Shown here piece after piece: positions 29,232 to 37,235 of a DNA stretch of 64,000 bases. Source of the DNA: a bacterium (lineage in GTDB: Bacteria; JAAXHH01); NCBI GenBank assembly GCA_965203885.1, contig OZ241920.1, positions 3,858,323 to 3,922,322 on the forward strand, read 5' to 3'. The position numbers and the translations under genes are program-made. Within the stretch, counting starts at the first letter, position 1, and the number at the start of each line of letters is the position of its first letter. The notes under the pieces were generated by a model. That model ran no database searches, was not told the origin of the DNA, and was given only the letters and a program-made list of their open reading frames with translations.

Positions 29232-30500
29232 ATGCCATCCAACCAATCAGAGCTCAATCGACGAGGATTTTTCCGGAGATCCGGGCTGGCCGCCGCCGCT
29301 CTCTCGGCTCGAAGCTACGGGCGGGTCATGGGGGCCAATCACCGGCTTCGCATCGGGATCATCGGTTGCGGAAAGATCGCCGGGAGCCACCACCTGCCCA
29401 AGCTCCTGAAGATGTCCGGGAGCGCCAACGTCGAGGTCGTGGCCGTGTCGGACGTCTACCGGTCCCGGGCGAAAAAGTTTCAGAATCGGATCTCGAAGGC
29501 GGGCGGACGCGCCGTCGAGAAGGTCCACCACCAGGACCTGCTGGAGATGACGGACATCGACTATGTCGTCATCGCCACCCCGGAGCACTGGCATCACCGG
29601 CAGACTCTCGACGCGCTGGATGCCGGCAAGCACGTCTACTGCGAAAAGCCCATGACCCACACCATCCCCGAATCCCAGGAGGTGGTTCGAAAGGTCCGGG
29701 AGACGGGTCTCAAATTGCAGGTCGGCGTCCAGGGGATGAGCGACGACAGCTACTCCAGCGCCAATCGGGCGATCCGGGCCGGCAATCTGGGCACGGTGGT
29801 GGAAGCCCAGATGGAGTATGTCCGAAACCACCCCCTCCACAGGGGCCCCTGGCGCAGAGGCATCCGGTCCGACGCGCCCAAGCCTCGCGACCTGGACTGG
29901 GACCGCTGGCTGGGGCCGGCGCCCAAGCGTCCCTGGTCTCCCCACCGTTTCTTCGAGTGGCGCAACTACAGCGACTATTCGGGAGGGATCTCCACGGACC
30001 TGTTCATTCACCGCCTCACCCGCGTGCTGAAGGCCTGCGAACTGACCTATCCGAATTCGGTTGCCGGGTTGGGGGGCATCTACATCTGGGACGACGGGCG
30101 GGACATGCCCGACAACCTGGAGATGGTCGCCGAATACCCGGCTGTCCAGGGAATCACCAAAGGTATGACGCTTCACATGCTGGGCACCATGGCGAACAAG
30201 CATGGTGTCGAGCACTGTATCCGGGGGCACAAGGCCACACTGGTCTTCACCAGGAGAGGGTGGAAGATCCTGGATCAGGGATCCGGCAAGGTCGTGAAAA
30301 CCCACAGGAAGACGGGCGCCGAGGACATGGCGCTCCACCATCGCAACCTGCAGGCGGCGATTCGGGACGGCAAGGCTCTGGCGTGCCCCGCCGAGTTGGG
30401 ACTGCGCGGCGTGGTCGCGGTGGCCATGTGCAACGAGTCCTGGGCCCGAAGAAAGCTCATGGCATGGGATTCCCGGAAACAGGAGATGGTCGAAGCGTAG
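29232..30500 (+). CDS. Gfo/Idh/MocA-family oxidoreductase with a TAT signal
   Basis: The ATG at 29232 gives MPSNQSELNRRGFFRRSGLAAAALSA, then RIGIIGCGKIAGSHH and CEKPM. The TTG-extended track ORF (29115) would run through the intron 5' end. Confidence 0.85.
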   Translation: MPSNQSELNRRGFFRRSGLAAAALSARSYGRVMGANHRLRIGIIGCGKIAGSHHLPKLLKMSGSANVEVVAVSDVYRSRAKKFQNRISKAGGRAVEKVHHQDLLEMTDIDYVVIATPEHWHHRQTLDALDAGKHVYCEKPMTHTIPESQEVVRKVRETGLKLQVGVQGMSDDSYSSANRAIRAGNLGTVVEAQMEYVRNHPLHRGPWRRGIRSDAPKPRDLDWDRWLGPAPKRPWSPHRFFEWRNYSDYSGGISTDLFIHRLTRVLKACELTYPNSVAGLGGIYIWDDGRDMPDNLEMVAEYPAVQGITKGMTLHMLGTMANKHGVEHCIRGHKATLVFTRRGWKILDQGSGKVVKTHRKTGAEDMALHHRNLQAAIRDGKALACPAELGLRGVVAVAMCNESWARRKLMAWDSRKQEMVEA

Positions 30501-30518
30501 GGTGACGCCGCGGCGACC

Positions 30519-31619
30519 TCACAGCAGCCCGTAGAACAGTTCCTCGTACTGCTCCGTGATTCGCTCCCAGTCGAAACGGCGGCGAACCCGATCCTGGGCC
30601 GCCTGCCGCAGTTCCCGGTAATCCTCGGGCCTCCCGCAAACTCTGGTCATGAGCTGGGCGAGCCGCGCCTCCTGGTTGAAAGGGTAGAAGAGGCCGGCGT
30701 CGCCCACGGCCTCCCGGTTCTCCGGGATGTCGTTGACCAGCACCAGGCAACCGGCTCCCATGGCCTCCAACAGACCGGGATGGATTCCGCCGATCTCCCC
30801 CCCGTAGACGTAGCAGCGGCAATGGGAGAGCAGCTCCCGGTACCCCTGCCCGTAGATGGCTCCCGGCAGCACCACGTTGGTCCCGTCTGCCAGTCGCCGT
30901 AGATGCTCTATATAGGGGCGGTTGTAGGGCGCGTCGCCCACCACCACCAGCGGCAGTTCCACCCCCGATTCCCGGTAGGCGCGGATCACCCGATGGGCGT
31001 TGTTCTCCGGTTCCAGCCGGCTCACGAACAGCAGATACCCATTCTCCTCCAGACCCAGCTTCGCCAAGACCTCCCGGCTCTCCAGGCGCCCGACCGGCGC
31101 CCCGTAGGGAATGAACGGAGACTCACGGCCGTAACGGCCGAGATAGTACTCCTGAGTGGTCCTGGCGTCGGTGACGAAGCAATTCGGAAATCGGACAGCC
31201 AGGGATTCGCCCATTCGATGGAAAGTCCGGCCGGCCCAATTCCATTTCTTCCGCTTCCGCTCGATGCCGTCCACGTTGAGCACCACCTTCTGGCCGGCCA
31301 GCCGGGGAAGCCAACAGAGGAAGGCGTTGGCCGCGTTGCACACCAGGCAGACGTCGTAGCCACGAAAACAGGCGGAAAAGACGGAGAGGGCGGTGTGGGA
31401 GACCGTCTCCAGGTACTTGTGCCGGATCGCGGGCAGGACCCGAAGGCGGACTCCCTTGTAGGCCGTGAGCTTCGGATCCACGAAGTGGCTCCGCCCGTAG
31501 ACCGTGACCCGGTGCCCCCGGCGAACCAGACGGACCGCCAGCTCCTCGGCAAAGGTCTCGAACCCGCCGTAGTTGGCGGGAATCCCCCGGGTGCCCAGGA
31601 TGCCGACCTTGATCCCCAT
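30519..31619 (-). CDS. Glycosyltransferase (GT4-type with a DUF1972-like N-terminus)
   Basis: 366 aa: MGIKVGILGTRGIPANYGGFETFAEEL...GGEIGGIHPGLLEAMGAG. Confidence 0.8.
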   Translation of the reverse strand: MGIKVGILGTRGIPANYGGFETFAEELAVRLVRRGHRVTVYGRSHFVDPKLTAYKGVRLRVLPAIRHKYLETVSHTALSVFSACFRGYDVCLVCNAANAFLCWLPRLAGQKVVLNVDGIERKRKKWNWAGRTFHRMGESLAVRFPNCFVTDARTTQEYYLGRYGRESPFIPYGAPVGRLESREVLAKLGLEENGYLLFVSRLEPENNAHRVIRAYRESGVELPLVVVGDAPYNRPYIEHLRRLADGTNVVLPGAIYGQGYRELLSHCRCYVYGGEIGGIHPGLLEAMGAGCLVLVNDIPENREAVGDAGLFYPFNQEARLAQLMTRVCGRPEDYRELRQAAQDRVRRRFDWERITEQYEELFYGLL

Positions 31620-31794
31620 GGTCCGTTTTCCCTTCCGGACCAGAGACTATCACCACTATCGCATCGAACCAGAGTGATCCGGCCGCGTCCCCACCCGGCG
31701 TAATCGCTCCCGAACTCCCGCCCTGGCTCCTGTGGTCCGGCTTCCGCTCCGTCGGAACTCCGATTGCTAAAATAGACCGTCCAGGGAGCGAACG

Positions 31795-32220
31795 ATGGTG
31801 CACATCCGGGAAGGCGTCGACATCGAGGAGAACGAGCTCCGCTTCTCCTTCTCCCGCAGCAGCGGGCCGGGCGGGCAGAACGTCAACAAGGTGGACACCC
31901 GGGTCACGCTCGTCTTCGACTTGATGAACTCCGGAAGCCTGGCCGCCGGGCAGAAGGCCGTATTGCAACGTCGACTCGCCAGCCACCTCAACCGCCGAGG
32001 CGAACTGCGGGTGGTTTCTCAACGGCACCGGAGTCAATGGAGGAACCGGCAGGAGACTCTGGAACGCTTCCGGCAGTTGCTGGCATCGGCTCTGGAGAAG
32101 CGGAAAAAACGCTACGGAACCCGTATTCCGACCCGCTCCAGAGTGCGGCGTCTCGAAGACAAGGCCCGTCGCAGCCGGACCAAGCAGATGCGCCGGAAAC
32201 CGGCGCGCTCCGAGTACTGA
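31795..32220 (+). CDS. arfB: Alternative ribosome-rescue factor ArfB (peptidyl-tRNA hydrolase)
   Basis: 141 aa with a SSGPGGQNVNKV GGQ motif and a basic C-terminal tail. Confidence 0.85.
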   Translation: MVHIREGVDIEENELRFSFSRSSGPGGQNVNKVDTRVTLVFDLMNSGSLAAGQKAVLQRRLASHLNRRGELRVVSQRHRSQWRNRQETLERFRQLLASALEKRKKRYGTRIPTRSRVRRLEDKARRSRTKQMRRKPARSEY

Positions 32221-32382
32221 GCCCTCCCGGGTCGTGTCTTCGAATGAGGAAGTGGACTTACTACCCCCGCCGCGCGGTCCTTGACGTGTCACCCCACCGA
32301 GACGATACTGAGGCGCTCCTCCGGCGCTGTTTTCATAATGCCTGTTTCGACAGGATCAGACCGAATGGAGAAGTGATTCTTC

Positions 32383-33498
32383 GTGCTGAAGCGATTCTAC
32401 GCGGACAATTTCCGCTGTCTGAAAAACTTTGAAGTCGAGCTCGACCAAGCTTGTGTCCTCTTGGGGCACAACGGCACGGGCAAGACCTCGATCCTGGACG
32501 TTCTGAGGAGCATTCAGAACCTGGTGGTCCGAGGTTCGAAGGTCGAAGCGGCGTTTCCGGCACGAGACGTGTCACTTCAGGAGGACGCTCGCCGCGACCG
32601 CCGGAAACAGCGCTTCGAGGTAGAAACCAGCACCGACGGTGACTCCTATCGGTACGCACTGACCGTGGAGCACACTCCCGACCACCGCAAAATGCGGATC
32701 ATCGAGGAGACCCTGCAACACAGGGAGAAACTGATCTTCGAATTCAGGAACGGCGAGGCGCAACTCTATCACGACGATTACAAAAAGGGCCCTTCGTACC
32801 CGTTCGACTGGTCGCAGTCGGGAATCGGCGTCCTGAATGCCCGACCGGACAATCGGAAGCTCACTCGGTTCAAGCAGGAGGTGGCGAGCTACATCGTAGT
32901 CGGCTCCTGCCCTCCGCTGGTGGAGCCGGAAACCCGATCGGAAGACGTTTTCCTCGAGCCTCTGATGCAGAACTTCGTGGCTTGGTACCGGCACACCGCC
33001 CAAGAAAACATGGGAGAGATACCAAATTTCTTCGAGGTCCTGCGCCAAGCCCTTCCTGCCTTCGATTCCATCATCCTGACGGAATCCGGAGAGAATTCAC
33101 GCGCCCTCAAAGCCGTGTTTCGGAGTCCTTCCGGAAAGGCGATCCGTTATGGATTCGACCAGATCTCTGATGGCCAAAGAGCCCTGATCACGTTGTACAG
33201 CCTGATTCTCCTGCCCGGCGAGAGCCGAACCTCGTTGTTCATCGACGAACCCGACAACTTTCTCGCCCTGAGGGAGATTCAGCCCTGGCTTGCTCACGCC
33301 GTCCAGTGCTGCGGAAAGTCGCTGGAGCAAGTGGTCGTGGCCTCGCATCATCCGGTAACCATCGACTACATGGCCGGCGCCGGCGGCCGTTGGTTCTACC
33401 GGGAAGAAGACGGTCCCGTTCGGGTGAACCCGGAGCCGAAGGTCCCCGTAGACGGCCTTTCACTCTCGGAAACCATCGCCCGGGGCTGGGAACGGTGA
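32383..33498 (+). CDS. ABC-type (AAA_21-like) ATPase, AbiLi/RloA/OLD-N-terminal-like
   Basis: 371 aa. Walker A GHNGTGKTS, signature-like ISDGQRALITL, Walker B LFIDEPDNFL and H-loop ASHHP. Confidence 0.75.
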   Translation: MLKRFYADNFRCLKNFEVELDQACVLLGHNGTGKTSILDVLRSIQNLVVRGSKVEAAFPARDVSLQEDARRDRRKQRFEVETSTDGDSYRYALTVEHTPDHRKMRIIEETLQHREKLIFEFRNGEAQLYHDDYKKGPSYPFDWSQSGIGVLNARPDNRKLTRFKQEVASYIVVGSCPPLVEPETRSEDVFLEPLMQNFVAWYRHTAQENMGEIPNFFEVLRQALPAFDSIILTESGENSRALKAVFRSPSGKAIRYGFDQISDGQRALITLYSLILLPGESRTSLFIDEPDNFLALREIQPWLAHAVQCCGKSLEQVVVASHHPVTIDYMAGAGGRWFYREEDGPVRVNPEPKVPVDGLSLSETIARGWER

Positions 33499-34025
33499 GC
33501 GCGAGGATCGTGCTGCTGTGCGAGGACCAGCAGACGGACAGTTTCGTGCGCCGTTTCCTGGCCAGAAGGAATTTCAGAAATCACGACATCCACACTCTAC
33601 CGCTACCCTTGGGCAGGCTATCGGGCGAACAGTGGGTGCGAACCAGATTTCCCAAGGAATTGAAGGCTGTTCGGCGCCGGGAAAGAGCGTTTCTGATCGT
33701 GATCATCGATGCGGATGCGTTCACGACCGATGAGAGACGAGATCAATTGAATCGCAGTTGCCGGGAACAGGAAATTCTGGAACGGAGACCGGGAGATCCT
33801 GTGATCATCGCCGTTCCCCGACGGAACATCGAAACTTGGTTCGCCTATCTGGATGGAAACGCTGTGGATGAAACAACGCAGTATCCGTCCCTGAGCCGCC
33901 CGAGCGATTGTCGCCGCCACGCTCGTGAACTGTACCGGATGTGCCATGAGGACCAGCAACTCCGGAAGCCCATTCCCCCGTCATTGACCGAAGCCTGCGG
34001 AGAATATCGAAGGCTGACCCGCTGA
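33495..34025 (+). CDS. RloB/Toprim-like protein (AbiLii-like)
   Basis: The GTG at 33495 overlaps the upstream TGA (GTGA). The 176-aa protein starts VSARIVLLCEDQQTDSFVRRF. Compare the RloB pattern ilivCEGekTE. LIVIIDADA provides a DxD and VIIAVPRRNIETWFAYL matches the SNPxFExW-like pattern. It is the in-frame tail of track ORF 33306..34025. Confidence 0.6.
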   Translation: MSARIVLLCEDQQTDSFVRRFLARRNFRNHDIHTLPLPLGRLSGEQWVRTRFPKELKAVRRRERAFLIVIIDADAFTTDERRDQLNRSCREQEILERRPGDPVIIAVPRRNIETWFAYLDGNAVDETTQYPSLSRPSDCRRHARELYRMCHEDQQLRKPIPPSLTEACGEYRRLTR

Positions 34026-34340
34026 CCATGCCTCCGCGCCTCAAGCTGAAACGCAGATGGTTCGATCCGGATAGCCGTTGCCGGACCGGAACCTGCAGCA
34101 ACCGACGTGTCTTTCGCCCGAACTCGGAACGACTTCGGCTCCGCCGGTTCTCTTCCGGAATACGCCCACTTGGGCACGACATAGAGTTCCGTCAGGAAAA
34201 ACAGCAACAGGATCAAGAATGGCGGACGAGAATGTTCCGTGAAAGTCGCCATCCAGTTTCGTACCTTGCTTTGCCGGGTGGCAACCGGTGGGGGAATTTC
34301 TTTTTCGAGACCGGCAACTCCAGGTTGCGGCCAGTGGGAT

Positions 34341-34742
34341 TCAGTGGAGATATATCACCGGCTTCAGACCCAGATATTTGACCATGGGCAGGAAGGCCCT
34401 GTCGGAGAACAGCAACGGGATCCCCTCGTCGACGCAGAAGGAGGCGATGACGACATCGACGGCCTTTCGAATTGTGACTCCGTTCCTGCGCAGTCTTCGA
34501 TAGCGCATGGCAACCCGGTGCGCCCGTTCGCGTCCCAGCAGGTCGAAAGACGGAAACTCCGACAGTGCTCGCTTTACCGCTCTGAAATCCGAGTCGTTTC
34601 GAATTCCCTGGAGGACTTCCACCAGAATCAAGTCGCCGGTTGCCACGACATCCTGTCCCAACAGGGCGTCGAGACGATCCGTTTCCGGTGTTGGAACGCC
34701 GTTGAAATAATCGATCCAGACGCTGGAATCGACCAGAACCAT
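34341..34742 (-). CDS. vapC: VapC PIN-domain toxin
   Basis: The start at MVLVDSSVWIDYF (34742) overlaps the vapB stop as ATGA. Confidence 0.85.
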   Translation of the reverse strand: MVLVDSSVWIDYFNGVPTPETDRLDALLGQDVVATGDLILVEVLQGIRNDSDFRAVKRALSEFPSFDLLGRERAHRVAMRYRRLRRNGVTIRKAVDVVIASFCVDEGIPLLFSDRAFLPMVKYLGLKPVIYLH

Positions 34743-34933
34743 CAGTCTCGCCTCATCTTGTCCAGATCGCCCGTCCAACGAATCTTGCCGCGCAATGCGC
34801 GGATTCCTTCCTGTCCCTTCAATCGAATCAACGACGCCAAGCCCAACTCTACGACCTCGCGCTTGGTCTTGGCCCCGGTGACACGCATGGCGCGTTCCAA
34901 GAGATCGTCGTCAATGACAATGTTCGTACGCAT
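34742..34933 (-). CDS. vapB: VapB antitoxin
   Basis: 63 aa: MRTNIVIDDDLLERAMRVTGAKTKREVVELGL. GGAGGG lies upstream. It is the tail of track ORF 34742..35800. Confidence 0.8.
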   Translation of the reverse strand: MRTNIVIDDDLLERAMRVTGAKTKREVVELGLASLIRLKGQEGIRALRGKIRWTGDLDKMRRD

Positions 34934-34953
34934 TTGGAGGCCCTCCAATCGAT

Positions 34954-34979
34954 GTGTATATGATAGGGAAATTATACAC
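34954..34979 (-). promoter_or_regulatory. Candidate vapBC operator/promoter
   Basis: A perfect inverted repeat GTGTATA-N12-TATACAC sits 20 nt upstream of the vapB ATG. It contains TATAAT (minus strand, 34976..34971). Confidence 0.45.
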
Positions 34980-35134
34980 ATCTGACAGCCGAGATCTAAT
35001 CCTGTGCGCTGAACCTTCAACTGAAACAGAGTGGCGAACTGATCGATTCCGTCGGTTCCGGAATTGACGAAGCAGGACTCTATTTCGCCTTTCCGATCCA
35101 GCAAAGCTCCCGCATCAGAACCGGATTCACCTGG

Positions 35135-35449
35135 GTGGCCTCCGCCCACATCGTCCCCCTGAAACCTGAAGAAATCCGCGTCGGGGTCTTTGATGCGGAC
35201 GGCGCCGTCTTCGAAATAAAAACCCTGCCGTACGAGGGGCACCAAGCCCGGTTCGTCGACGAATTGTTCCCGGATCTCCCGGAGGATTTTCAGGGGACCA
35301 TGATGGTCAATTCCGAAAAATTCATCCATCTCACGGTGCTCCGGCAGGACACGTTGTCGTCGGGTGCGGTTCAGTTCACCAGCACGCCGGCGAACAGGTC
35401 GTGTTTCAAGGGTAAGTGCGACTTGGACGAAGTTGATCCGGAGGAATAG
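35135..35449 (+). CDS. Hypothetical protein or 5'-truncated gene remnant
   Basis: This frame has consistently G/C-rich third positions. It stays open back to a TAA at about 34990 with no ATG, and the track start is a GTG. No domain was recognised. Confidence 0.3.
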   Translation: MASAHIVPLKPEEIRVGVFDADGAVFEIKTLPYEGHQARFVDELFPDLPEDFQGTMMVNSEKFIHLTVLRQDTLSSGAVQFTSTPANRSCFKGKCDLDEVDPEE

Positions 35450-35559
35450 GCTTTCCCCTGAATCGGACAACCTCGGTGGCGGATGAAGGATCGTGCCGGT
35501 TTTCCGCCGGCGGGTACCGCTATCCTCCTTCAGGGGACTTCTTACAATCCCTGATGATC

Positions 35560-35813
35560 GTAGGGGCACCCCTTGTGGGTGCCCTGCGGGGTCGCATGGT
35601 TCCCCGGCTGAGTCGCCGCTCCACGTCGCCATTCCCGGCGCCCGGAAGGACGCCGATCCCAGTCGGCGCCGAGGACGACGCCGCTCCAGACGCCGCTCCC
35701 GGTCGGCGACTAGAAAGTCGCCGCTCCACCCCCCCCGGTTCGGTAGTGCCCAGGCAATGGCCGGCGGACGGTGGCGCCGTTCGGGGGAGGGCGACCACAA
35801 GGGTCGCCCCTAC
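35560..35813. repeat. Bipartite REP-like element, copy 2 (long spacer with extra hairpins)
   Basis: GTAGGGGCACCCCTTGTGGGTGCCC (35560..35584) and GGGCGACCACAAGGGTCGCCCCTAC (35789..35813). The spacer holds GGCGACT-AGAA-AGTCGCC and two AGTCGCCGCTCCAC motifs. Confidence 0.75.
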
Positions 35814-35881
35814 GAGTCGTTCGACAGCGGCGACGCGGTGGGTGCCGCCAACGGACAATCCCCGCCCAGTTTCTCGCGGGA

Positions 35882-37141
35882 TCATGCCGGAGGCGCGGCG
35901 GTGGGGGACTTCTGAGCCAATTCCCGCCGCTGGACCGCGTAAGGGGCCGTCAGGAAGAAAAGCAGCAGGATCAGCACCTCCGAATCGCCGAAGTTGTACT
36001 CCAGGCAACCCGCCACGTGAAACGCCGCCGAGATACAGAGGCCGTTCAGGCTCAGGAAGCGGACCCATTCCGATTCGGACCGGAGCCACATCCGGATCAG
36101 GTCCCGGATCAGGACGATCCAGAGCGCCAGCCAGAACGCCAGCCCCACGAGGCCGGTTTCGGCGGCAACCTGGAGGAAGTTGTTGTGCAGGTGCTGGTAG
36201 GCCCAGTCGGGGTACTCCTGGTGCGACCGATACTTGAGAACCTCCCGGTAGACCATGCCGGGTCCGACCCCCGTCCAGGGATGGTCGCGAATGAGACGGG
36301 ATCCGGCCTGGACCATCTCCAGACGGACCTGGGTGGTCGTGTCGCTCAGATCCACTCCGGACAGGAGACGATCCCGAAACGGCGTCGGCACCACAATCAA
36401 CAGAGCCATCAGCGCCAGCAGCAACAGCAGCACCCGGGTCTTCTTCGTCAAGACGACCAACAGGAGACCGCCGGCGGCCGTTCCCAGCCAGGCGTTGCGG
36501 GTGAAGGTCACCAGCAGGCTCCAGCTCAAGAGGAGCAACAGGAGCAATCCGAGGACCGGCAGGCGGCGCCATCCCGTCTCCTCCCGGTTTGCGGTCGAGG
36601 AGTTGGCCGCCGTGAAACGCTCCCTGCACAGAAAGACTCCCAGCGAGACGGCCCCCATCATGAGTTGGCCGGAAAAGGTCATCCAATGGCCCATGAACCC
36701 GGTGATCCGATGCTGCAGATCCGGCTCCATCAGCCAGTAGTACTGCGCCAGGGCGTAAACGGCGCTGGCGCCGACAACCCAATAAATGCGCCTCACGGTC
36801 CACTTCACGTGAACCGTCCCGAACCAGGTGAACATCAAGGGGACGAAGAGGAAGCGCACCAGTTTCTTGAGCGAGCCCGAACTGGTCGCGGGGTCTTCCG
36901 AGAAGAGGACGGCGATCCCCATTGAAATCACAAAGAGAAGGAGCGGCAGCGCGAAAGGTGGCCAACGGAGGCGCAGGCGCCTGCGCCGCAGGGTATCGAT
37001 GACCCAGAGGAGCAGGGCGACCCCGGCCAAAATGTACGCCGCCGCGATGGAGATGAGAGAGGCGACAATCGACGCCGCGGCGCACCACGGAATCCAGCGT
37101 GACTGGAAGAGACTGGAAATGCGCTGCTTTAACGATGTCAT
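35882..37141 (-). CDS. O-antigen ligase/polymerase-family (Wzy_C-like) membrane protein
   Basis: 419 aa with about 10-12 TM helices and a central loop, typical of the family. This is a motif-level call only. Confidence 0.65.
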   Translation of the reverse strand: MTSLKQRISSLFQSRWIPWCAAASIVASLISIAAAYILAGVALLLWVIDTLRRRRLRLRWPPFALPLLLFVISMGIAVLFSEDPATSSGSLKKLVRFLFVPLMFTWFGTVHVKWTVRRIYWVVGASAVYALAQYYWLMEPDLQHRITGFMGHWMTFSGQLMMGAVSLGVFLCRERFTAANSSTANREETGWRRLPVLGLLLLLLLSWSLLVTFTRNAWLGTAAGGLLLVVLTKKTRVLLLLLALMALLIVVPTPFRDRLLSGVDLSDTTTQVRLEMVQAGSRLIRDHPWTGVGPGMVYREVLKYRSHQEYPDWAYQHLHNNFLQVAAETGLVGLAFWLALWIVLIRDLIRMWLRSESEWVRFLSLNGLCISAAFHVAGCLEYNFGDSEVLILLLFFLTAPYAVQRRELAQKSPTAAPPA

Positions 37142-37235
37142 TTCTACCGCGCAGACTCCTGGCGTTTCCCACCGCCGGCTTCCGCTACCTGCGGGAGAGA
37201 TTACGACTCCGCCTCCCCGTCCGCAACATCCGCCG

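Noticed and set aside
28608-29246. A 212-aa minus-strand ORF considered as a possible intron-encoded protein.
   Set aside because: It has no reverse-transcriptase (YxDD), maturase or HNH motifs. It spans the ribozyme domains themselves and reads like translated structured RNA.
34742-35800. A 352-aa minus-strand ORF that fuses vapB to upstream sequence.
   Set aside because: Only the last 63 codons look like a protein (VapB), with their own SD and an operator palindrome in front. The upstream part runs through a REP element and opposes a better plus-strand frame.
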